Shown here in pieces: positions 28,602-35,981 of a stretch of 64,000 bases of DNA. The notes under the pieces are model-generated. The model was not told where the DNA came from. It was given only the letters and a program-made list of their open reading frames with translations, and did no database searches. Both the position numbers and the translations under genes were made by a program. The stretch comes from a virus (Duplodnaviria; Caudoviricetes): the IMG/VR virus record IMGVR_UViG_3300022074_005559. One strand, written 5' to 3'. Within the stretch, counting starts at the first letter, position 1. Each line of letters starts with the position of its first letter.

Positions 28602-28824
28602 GGACTTTACTCAGCCAGCAAAACCAGGTAGCCGACCAGGGAGTTTAAAGCGTAAAGCAGCACAGTATTTAGGCAAGGGCGCCGGCGATAAACTTAGCAA
28701 AACAGACCTAAAACGTCTCCGTGCTAAGGCAAACAAAATGAAAAAAAGCACCAACAAAGCAGAACGTGCAAGAGGTAACCAACTGTACAAGCAAGTAATG
28801 TTTGTGTACAATATGGATGATTAA
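28576..28824 (+). CDS. Small basic protein
   Basis: MEQLRTITED then K/R-rich PGSRPGSLKRK; start placed at 28576. Confidence 0.55.
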   Translation: MEQLRTITEDFTQPAKPGSRPGSLKRKAAQYLGKGAGDKLSKTDLKRLRAKANKMKKSTNKAERARGNQLYKQVMFVYNMDD

Positions 28825-29092
28825 TATGTGGATACGAACTAAAATAAAAAGTGAAAAACCTAACACGCCTTATAGAGTGTACATCAATGACGAGCTGATT
28901 ACAGAACGTTTTTATGCATGCCCAAAGAACTGGTCAGCAAATGACAGGATTCAAAAAACATGGAACACACTAGGTTTAGAAATAGTAGACGCAGATGATT
29001 ACAAAGTTCGTATTGAAAACGTACCGGGATATCCAAAATCAAAAGTTTGGATAGATAAAGTTGAATGGCAGGAGCAACCCTATGAAGATTAA
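28802..29092 (+). CDS. Hypothetical protein
   Basis: YRVYINDELITER; true start may be 28826. Confidence 0.5.
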   Translation: MCTIWMINMWIRTKIKSEKPNTPYRVYINDELITERFYACPKNWSANDRIQKTWNTLGLEIVDADDYKVRIENVPGYPKSKVWIDKVEWQEQPYED

Positions 29093-29288
29093 TGAAATAG
29101 TAACAGAGGACGCTAGTGGAGGTGCAACAGCAAGTGGTAACTTTGCTCCTGTTAGTATGCCTATGACACCGGGCACTACAAAGAAGCAACAAAAGCAAGC
29201 AGTAGATCCGTTTGGATATACAGTAAACAAAAAGAAGAATAAGAAATCCAAAGATCCAGTATACAACGTGCCTGTGTTAAAACGATAA
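29082..29288 (+). CDS. Small probable capsid-internal protein
   Basis: MKINEIVTED-ASGGATASG then Lys-rich tail. Confidence 0.6.
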   Translation: MKINEIVTEDASGGATASGNFAPVSMPMTPGTTKKQQKQAVDPFGYTVNKKKNKKSKDPVYNVPVLKR

Positions 29289-29291
29289 ATA
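29284..29291 (+). promoter_or_regulatory. T4-like late promoter (GATAAATA)
   Basis: Octamer 31 nt upstream of 29323. Confidence 0.55.
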
Positions 29292-29322
29292 TATAACACA
29301 GCAACTAAACAGGAACAAAACA

Positions 29323-30789
29323 ATGCGTGATATTATTAGCAAACTAGAAGAACTAAACGTTGAGAAAGAACAACTTAACGAAGGCTTAGGCGACATGGCA
29401 CATGAAGCTGAAATGGATCATGAAGTACAAATGGCGCGAAGCGACCTATACAAGACTGCAAAGTATGCAGTAGCAATCCATAAAATGATGAAAGATGTCT
29501 CTGAAATGGAAGGCGTTGATGGTTGGGTAGCAGCAAAGATTACTAAAGCTGCTGATTACCTAAGTGCAGTCAAGCATCACATGGAAGGCGAAATGATGGC
29601 AGACGTAGAACTAGCAGTTGTTCCTGTTGCTGGTGATATGACAGACGCTATGACAATGCCACAAGAAAGTTTAGAAGAAGGTCGTTTAGGCTTTAAAGAC
29701 ATTGCAAAGTTTGGTAGTGAAATGGCAAGTAGAATTGACCAAGAAGCAAGACGTAGAGGCAGTGCTGATATGGAGCCAGGCGATGCTGATGAACTACGTT
29801 ATAGAATTGCCAAAGAGATGGGTTTAGTAGAAGGTGTAGAAGTTGTTGAAGCAGAAGAGCGTACATATATAGTAGTTCATGCAAAACACGGCAAGGAAGA
29901 AATTAAAGCATCTTCAAGTTACGGCGCTGCTAAAAAATATGCTGAAATGAAAAAATTGAAAAGCACAGCAGGCGTAGATGCACACCTAGCAGACGAAGAA
30001 AAGACTGCTACGGAAAGCATTGAAGAAGCTGATTATAATCCTGATCTGTCAATGATGGCTAATAGCGATAAAAAAGTAGAGCGTACATACGGAGCGATCA
30101 TGCAAGGCGTTCGTGGTCGTGGACCTGCTGAAGAATCAGAAGTAGGTGATTATATTCCAAGTGGCATGACAAGTGCAGAGATTATGCAGTTGATTGACAT
30201 GCTTGAGCCTCAAGGCTATGACAAAGACTTTCTAATGAAAGATCTAGCACCTATGATGAAAGAGGACGCACTAGAAGAACTAACACAAGCACAACAGGAT
30301 CGTATAAATGCTGCTCCTGGTAGAACTATTGATGATATGAAGCCAGCAGAACGTGCAAGCCTAAAAAAGTTTGTGAAAAATACACCGCAAAACACTAGTA
30401 AGCCTGCACAAGATTTTTATAAGAAGATGGGCTACAATAAGTTAGCAAAAGAAGATACAGATGTTATTGGTGATATTATTGGCAAACTAGCACAAGGTAA
30501 AGCAGGTCAACGCGGCGGTAAAGATGTTATCGGTGATATCATTGCTAAACTTCCAAAAGATGATAAGTCCGTTGCTCCACAAGCAGATAAAGCAGCTACT
30601 AGCAAGCCGGAAATGCCTAAAAATGAACCAAACGTTAGTGCGCAACAAAAGCAGAAGATGGTAAACAAGGCTGTGACTGCACCTAAAACACTACCTAAGG
30701 CGCCGCCACAGCGTCCTAAACGTATTCGCAGTTTTGCACAAGACACAACTGCACCACTAAGCATGATGCAGAACTGGAGTAAAAAATAA
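29323..30789 (+). CDS. Modular Glu-rich probable prohead core/internal protein
   Basis: HEVQMARSDLY..WVAAKITKAADYL module; many xxE-[GAD] junctions; internal duplicate DVIGDII[GA]KL. Confidence 0.6.
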   Translation: MRDIISKLEELNVEKEQLNEGLGDMAHEAEMDHEVQMARSDLYKTAKYAVAIHKMMKDVSEMEGVDGWVAAKITKAADYLSAVKHHMEGEMMADVELAVVPVAGDMTDAMTMPQESLEEGRLGFKDIAKFGSEMASRIDQEARRRGSADMEPGDADELRYRIAKEMGLVEGVEVVEAEERTYIVVHAKHGKEEIKASSSYGAAKKYAEMKKLKSTAGVDAHLADEEKTATESIEEADYNPDLSMMANSDKKVERTYGAIMQGVRGRGPAEESEVGDYIPSGMTSAEIMQLIDMLEPQGYDKDFLMKDLAPMMKEDALEELTQAQQDRINAAPGRTIDDMKPAERASLKKFVKNTPQNTSKPAQDFYKKMGYNKLAKEDTDVIGDIIGKLAQGKAGQRGGKDVIGDIIAKLPKDDKSVAPQADKAATSKPEMPKNEPNVSAQQKQKMVNKAVTAPKTLPKAPPQRPKRIRSFAQDTTAPLSMMQNWSKK

Positions 30790-31316
30790 TGTCTGACTTT
30801 TCCCAAATGGTACAAAAACTAAATGCTATTGAAGCAAACGAAACTGTGGATATTACTCCAAGTGAAGAAACCGCAACAAAGCGAAAGAATGTTACAGAAA
30901 CAGCATCTTTACTCTCAAAGTTCAATGCTATCCAAGAATCAAATCCTTACAAGTCTGTAGTCACTGAAGCAGACGACACAGAAGTTGAAGGAACAATGCA
31001 GGATCGTTTTGCTAAGTTCCTAAAAGCAGAACGTGCAACCGGTGCTGAAGTAGCAGATATGCGTGTTGCTATTGAAGAAGGCACAGCAGAATACGAATAC
31101 TGTGATCGTGCTTTTTCTAAAATGGCTGAAACAATCAACACACTTGAGAAGATGGTGCGTGAAGGCGGTATGCTTGAGAGTAAGATCGCACAAGCAGGTG
31201 GCGATCCATCAGCACTAAATGACATGCGTGAAGCACTAAGCCAAGCATACGAAGCGTATGAAACTTGCCATATGGATGCATTGGGTTCAACACCAGAACA
31301 AATGCCTGAGGAGTAA
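30789..31316 (+). CDS. Acidic helical probable internal head protein
   Basis: 175 aa, E/A rich, TAATG coupling. Confidence 0.55.
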   Translation: MSDFSQMVQKLNAIEANETVDITPSEETATKRKNVTETASLLSKFNAIQESNPYKSVVTEADDTEVEGTMQDRFAKFLKAERATGAEVADMRVAIEEGTAEYEYCDRAFSKMAETINTLEKMVREGGMLESKIAQAGGDPSALNDMREALSQAYEAYETCHMDALGSTPEQMPEE

Positions 31317-31319
31317 ACA

Positions 31320-31901
31320 ATGCGTTACGATCACTTTTCAGAAAATGGTAATGATGCACTAGAAAAAACTATTGCTATTATTGATAAAACGTTTTCTCCA
31401 GAACGTAGAGCAATCAGTGATGCTGTATTGCAAGTTGCTCGTGAAGTTGAAATGGGCAAAGGTGATGTAGTAGAACTTGCCGCTCAGATCAAAGAACTTA
31501 CAAAGAATGAGCTGGCTGCAAAGCAAGCAGATCCAGATATTAGTATTAGTGTAGATCAAAACATTAGAGTGCTAAAAGCAAGTTTTGATAAACTTATGGA
31601 TCAAAATACCAACGAAGGCGAAGAAGAGCCTCTTGTTATTAAAAGTAAAAAATCAATCGCAAGATTAAGAAACGACCAAGCACTAAGACCTATTCAAGTT
31701 CCAAAACTTACAAAAGAACAAGAAGAACTCGTAGAACAAATCAGTACACTTGTAGAAAAGAATGTACCTACGAATCCTAGCAAGTGGAGTTACTATAAAT
31801 CACAGGCTAAGAAAAAGTTTGAAGTATACCCAAGTGCATATGCCAATGCATGGGCTGCAAAAAAATACAAAGCTGCCGGTGGCGGCTGGAGAAAAGGATA
31901 G
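31320..31901 (+). CDS. Modular protein with C-terminal basic module
   Basis: Ends NVPTNPSKWSYYKSQAKKKFEVYPSAYANAWAAKKYKAAGGGWRKG, a module recalled from T4-like cyanophages. Confidence 0.6.
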   Translation: MRYDHFSENGNDALEKTIAIIDKTFSPERRAISDAVLQVAREVEMGKGDVVELAAQIKELTKNELAAKQADPDISISVDQNIRVLKASFDKLMDQNTNEGEEEPLVIKSKKSIARLRNDQALRPIQVPKLTKEQEELVEQISTLVEKNVPTNPSKWSYYKSQAKKKFEVYPSAYANAWAAKKYKAAGGGWRKG

Positions 31902-31902
31902 T

Positions 31903-32421
31903 ATGGCTACACTGCTAGAATACATTGAGCTTTGCGAAGGCGAAAAAGAAATGGCAACCATTGTTAAGACAATGCGTAGCCTAGGAAAAGACGTAGACGA
32001 AATCGGTCAGTATTTGGAAAAAAGCACAGGCAAAAAGCTGAAAGATATTTCAGATAAAGAACTTGCATTTATGGCAGGACAAGGTGCAAAAGCAGGACAA
32101 TCAGTCGCTCCACAAGCAGATGCTGATCCCGAGTTACAAAAAGATTTCAAAGATGCACAAACAGCAATGGATATTCCATTTGTTGGCCCAAAGATGGTTG
32201 CAAAGCGTGTAAGAGACAAAATGCCAAGTGGAACCTATAGCATGTATACTCCATCAGGAGATACTGTAGACATTGATGTAGACATTAGCGGCAGTGATCT
32301 AAAAGCAATCAAAAAGGCAGCAGAACGTGCTGGCAAAACTTTTCCACAAGCACTATCAGACTTACAAAGCGGCAACTTCAGCAGTGCATTAGGGCGTGTA
32401 ATAGACAGGACAGTAAAATGA
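31903..32421 (+). CDS. Hypothetical probable internal protein
   Basis: MATLLEYIELCEG; start placed after the stop at 31901. Confidence 0.55.
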   Translation: MATLLEYIELCEGEKEMATIVKTMRSLGKDVDEIGQYLEKSTGKKLKDISDKELAFMAGQGAKAGQSVAPQADADPELQKDFKDAQTAMDIPFVGPKMVAKRVRDKMPSGTYSMYTPSGDTVDIDVDISGSDLKAIKKAAERAGKTFPQALSDLQSGNFSSALGRVIDRTVK

Positions 32422-33275
32422 GATTGAAAGAGCTTAAAAGTAAAGTAGAATACGATCCAAAGAACAGAATGGACGATATTACTGCTCAGAGGATAGCAAA
32501 GTTTGGTGATATGATTGATAGTGACCGTGAAAGAGACCCAGATGCAGCTTCTATCTCTTTGGGAGACACTAACAAACTTATTGCACAAGCAAGAGCTCAA
32601 CTAAAGCATGACCGCATAAGTGACACTAAAGCTCATGCCCACAGTAAAGACGGTGTACACAAACAAGGATTTAAGCCCGTTAAGTTTCCCCCAGTTAGAT
32701 GGGATCCAGATGCTCGCACTAAAGTAGATTTTCTTGATGGCGGCAGAAAAGACGTAGGCGAAATCAAAGAGGCTGTCAAAGATGAATATGGTATTGTGCG
32801 TTATCCAGATACAAGTATTTCATATGTAAAGAAAGTTGGTGACAACTGGATACACATTTACGATGCAAGTTATGGATACAAAGGACCATTGGATAAAGCG
32901 GATATGAAGTATTTGTCACTTATAGATGCAGACAAAGTTCCTGGTCGTCTCAAAGAAGAGATTACTTTAGAAGATACACAAGACTTTCACGAAGAGTTTG
33001 GCATGCTAGGCTACGCCGAAGAAGAAGGTGTATTCGAAGCAGAGTATCAAGGTCGTAAAGTTAAACTTAACAAGCCGATGCGTGGCGATGTAAAAAAGTT
33101 TAAAGTATATGTTAAGAATGCCAAAGGCAACGTTGTAAAAGTTAACTTCGGTGATCCAAATATGCGTATTAAGAAATCTAATCCAAAGAGACGTAAAAGT
33201 TTCCGTGCAAGACACAACTGCGATAATCCAGGTCCTAAGTGGAAGGCACGTTATTGGTCATGTCGCAAGTGGTAA
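32418..33275 (+). CDS. Modular protein with C-terminal basic module
   Basis: MRLKEL N-terminus; EAEYQGRKVKLNKP..KVNFGDPNM..RKSFRARHNC..ARYWSCRKW. Confidence 0.65.
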   Translation: MRLKELKSKVEYDPKNRMDDITAQRIAKFGDMIDSDRERDPDAASISLGDTNKLIAQARAQLKHDRISDTKAHAHSKDGVHKQGFKPVKFPPVRWDPDARTKVDFLDGGRKDVGEIKEAVKDEYGIVRYPDTSISYVKKVGDNWIHIYDASYGYKGPLDKADMKYLSLIDADKVPGRLKEEITLEDTQDFHEEFGMLGYAEEEGVFEAEYQGRKVKLNKPMRGDVKKFKVYVKNAKGNVVKVNFGDPNMRIKKSNPKRRKSFRARHNCDNPGPKWKARYWSCRKW

Positions 33276-33279
33276 AAAC

Positions 33280-33308
33280 TTGCAAAAAATGCTAATGTAT
33301 GCTATAGT
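33280..33308 (+). promoter_or_regulatory. Sigma70-type promoter
   Basis: TTGCAA-17nt-TATAGT with TG extension, immediately before the ATG at 33314. Confidence 0.55.
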
Positions 33309-33313
33309 ACATA

Positions 33314-34381
33314 ATGACATTTACCGTTTATCAACACTGGGATCCACTTGAAGTTTGCGTCGTAGGTCAAGCATATCCACCAGAATTTTATTCGTGGATA
33401 AAAGATACTAATACTCGCGCAAAGTTCCAACAAGTAGCACAAGAAACAGAACAAGATTTTCAAACTCTAATAGCATTATTAGAACAGTTTGACGTACAAG
33501 TCATGCGTCCTAGTATTCCAAATACGTTTGAAGATTGCATGGTTGATGAAGTATGGGTACCACCTCCAGTTACACCTCGCGACTACTTTATACAAATACA
33601 TGATAAGATGTGGGTGCCTATAGTACCAAATGCAAATCATGCTCAAAATGCATTTAAGAAACAAACTGAAAAGACTTGGATAGAATTCCAAGCACATGAT
33701 CAAGCAAAGCACAATAGAAAACTAAAATTTTATTCTGATATCCTTGCACAATGCAATACACAAGAAACAACAAACACCTATATTAGTGGATGTTTTGTAA
33801 GCCGTATAGGCAATGATTTATTCTTTGCTACACAGACTATTTTTGATGATTGGGATGCTATACGCACAGAAGTAAATGCACTGTTTCCGCACACTAACAA
33901 TCATATAGTAGATGCACAGGGACACGGTGATGCAGTGTATTGTCCTGTATCACCTGGTCTTATTATAAGCATAGCAGATGAAAGTTATAAAGATAGTTTT
34001 CCTAACTGGGAGGTTGTGCATTTGCCTGAAAGTCATTATGCTGCACACAAAATGTTCCAAGCAAGCATGAAACTTAACAGTGGTAAATGGTATATTCCAG
34101 GATTTGATAGTAATCCACTTATCACCGAGACAGTTGATACATACATGGAAGATTGGATTGGTGAAGTAAGTGAAACTGTGTTTGGTGTGAATATATTGAT
34201 TATAAATCCTACTAATGTTGTGCTTGCAGAATATAACAAACAAGCAGTAGACGCACTGGAACGTTGGGGCATTACTGCACACATTGTGCCATTTAGACAC
34301 AAGTATTTTTGGGATGCAGGTATACACTGTATAACAAATGACATTAGCAGGAGAGGCGAGTGCCAACAATACCGTTTCTAG
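33314..34381 (+). CDS. Amidinotransferase (glycine/inosamine-phosphate amidinotransferase family)
   Basis: HWDPLEVCVVG, TPRD, HGD, C-terminal DAGIHCIT catalytic Cys. Confidence 0.8.
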   Translation: MTFTVYQHWDPLEVCVVGQAYPPEFYSWIKDTNTRAKFQQVAQETEQDFQTLIALLEQFDVQVMRPSIPNTFEDCMVDEVWVPPPVTPRDYFIQIHDKMWVPIVPNANHAQNAFKKQTEKTWIEFQAHDQAKHNRKLKFYSDILAQCNTQETTNTYISGCFVSRIGNDLFFATQTIFDDWDAIRTEVNALFPHTNNHIVDAQGHGDAVYCPVSPGLIISIADESYKDSFPNWEVVHLPESHYAAHKMFQASMKLNSGKWYIPGFDSNPLITETVDTYMEDWIGEVSETVFGVNILIINPTNVVLAEYNKQAVDALERWGITAHIVPFRHKYFWDAGIHCITNDISRRGECQQYRF

Positions 34382-35214
34382 AAATGCAAGTCAATCAAGC
34401 ATGTAACCTAAGTTGCAAAGGTTGTAGTACATTCAGTGATTTAAAATGGAATGGATACCATACATGGGAAGAAGGGCGCGGTTGGTTAGAGCCTTGGATT
34501 GGTAAACTAGACATTCTTGCTATAGGATTCATGGGCGGCGAGCCTTTACTTAACCCAACTATTAAACAGTGGATACAAGGTGTGCATGAACTGTTACCTA
34601 ATGCACAACAACGATTTGTCACAAACGGTACACTTATACAAAAGCATTGGGATGTATTTCATTTGCTTAGAGATATAGGCAACAGTGTTTTTAAAATAAC
34701 ATATCATGTTGGCACTCCAGCACTAGACGAAGCAATAGAAAGAATCTTTGCACAATTCGATTGGGAACAAGTAGAAGAGTTTGGTATAGTGCGTTGGCGT
34801 GAGCGTGGCACAGATTTTCGTTTTCAAATAAACAAGCCAGACACATTTGTACAAGTATTCCGCAACGACTACGAAAACATGGCTCCGTTTAACAGCAACC
34901 CAGTAGAAGCATTTGATGCTTGTTGCCAACAACGTTGTCCGTTACTATACAAAGGTAAAATATATAAGTGCGGGCACTTAGCATATCTTCCTGAGTTGTT
35001 AGATAGATTTGATAGACCAAACTATGATCTTTGGGAACCAGCACTAGGACACGGACACAGTGCAGGAGACGACATGCAAGCGTTTGCAAATAACTTTGGA
35101 AGACCACACAGTGTTTGTACAATATGTCCTACAGCAAAAAACACAGAACAGTTTATAGATCACTATAAACATATTGACATAAAGTCCAAACTACCATATA
35201 CTATACAAACTTAA
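34360..35214 (+). CDS. Radical SAM protein
   Basis: CNLSCKGC, MGGEPLL, VTNGT; C-terminal CCQQRC..KC..CTIC. Confidence 0.85.
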   Translation: MPTIPFLEMQVNQACNLSCKGCSTFSDLKWNGYHTWEEGRGWLEPWIGKLDILAIGFMGGEPLLNPTIKQWIQGVHELLPNAQQRFVTNGTLIQKHWDVFHLLRDIGNSVFKITYHVGTPALDEAIERIFAQFDWEQVEEFGIVRWRERGTDFRFQINKPDTFVQVFRNDYENMAPFNSNPVEAFDACCQQRCPLLYKGKIYKCGHLAYLPELLDRFDRPNYDLWEPALGHGHSAGDDMQAFANNFGRPHSVCTICPTAKNTEQFIDHYKHIDIKSKLPYTIQT

Positions 35215-35230
35215 ACATAAGGAGTGATAC

Positions 35231-35497
35231 ATGAGTGATACTGGCGATCGAGTCTTTAATCCAGAAGAGAAGGCAAAACTCACACAACTTGTCAACGAAG
35301 GCTTGACAGTTATGCAGGAAGTCGACGATCTAAACGCAGGTCTAAACGACACAATCAAAGCAGTAGCGGAAGAAATGCAAATCAAACCCACAGTGCTTAA
35401 AAAAGCAGTGCGCACAGCATACAAAGCAGAGTTTGATAAAGTTACTGACGAATACAGCGAACTGGAAAATATCCTAGCAACAGTTGGCAAGATTTAA
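35231..35497 (+). CDS. GapR/DUF2312- or T4 DsbA-like dsDNA-binding protein
   Basis: Helical 88 aa; DLNAGLNDTIKAVAEEMQIKPTVLKKAVR pattern; AAGGAG SD. Confidence 0.6.
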   Translation: MSDTGDRVFNPEEKAKLTQLVNEGLTVMQEVDDLNAGLNDTIKAVAEEMQIKPTVLKKAVRTAYKAEFDKVTDEYSELENILATVGKI

Positions 35498-35706
35498 TGA
35501 CAGGACAAAGACGATGGCTTAAAGTTTGGAGTAGAACTGTGGGCATGCCTATGGGACTTACCGACGACGATAAACCAGAGTTTTTGCCTATCAAACAATC
35601 AGATGTAAGCAAAGCACTTGCATTTAGAACATTTTGGATAGTATTGCATATTGCAACCTGTGCAATGATTATTGCAGGCAACGGAAGAGGTTTAGGATTT
35701 TGGTAA
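35497..35706 (+). CDS. Small membrane protein
   Basis: 69 aa, one C-terminal TM. Confidence 0.5.
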   Translation: MTGQRRWLKVWSRTVGMPMGLTDDDKPEFLPIKQSDVSKALAFRTFWIVLHIATCAMIIAGNGRGLGFW

Positions 35707-35981
35707 AAGTAAGAAAGTTTTTCTACAATAGTTACAAACTTAGTCCACTTGCATTTTACTGTGAAATGATAGAAGCACTATTTCTTATCAGTGCAAGTGC
35801 TATACTCAGTGTGACTATATTAGATCCTGACGGATGGACATTTGTGCCACTGTATCTTATAGGTAGCATACTAGGTATCGTTAGTGCTATAATAAGAAAA
35901 GCAGCATTTGTCATTGTATTATGTAGTTGGTTCACAGCAATGAACTTGTTTGCACTTGTACAACTAATAGGGGCACTTTAA
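35634..35981 (+). CDS. Small multi-TM membrane protein (start uncertain)
   Basis: Three hydrophobic segments; TAATG overlap with polymerase. Confidence 0.5.
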   Translation: MDSIAYCNLCNDYCRQRKRFRILVKVRKFFYNSYKLSPLAFYCEMIEALFLISASAILSVTILDPDGWTFVPLYLIGSILGIVSAIIRKAAFVIVLCSWFTAMNLFALVQLIGAL

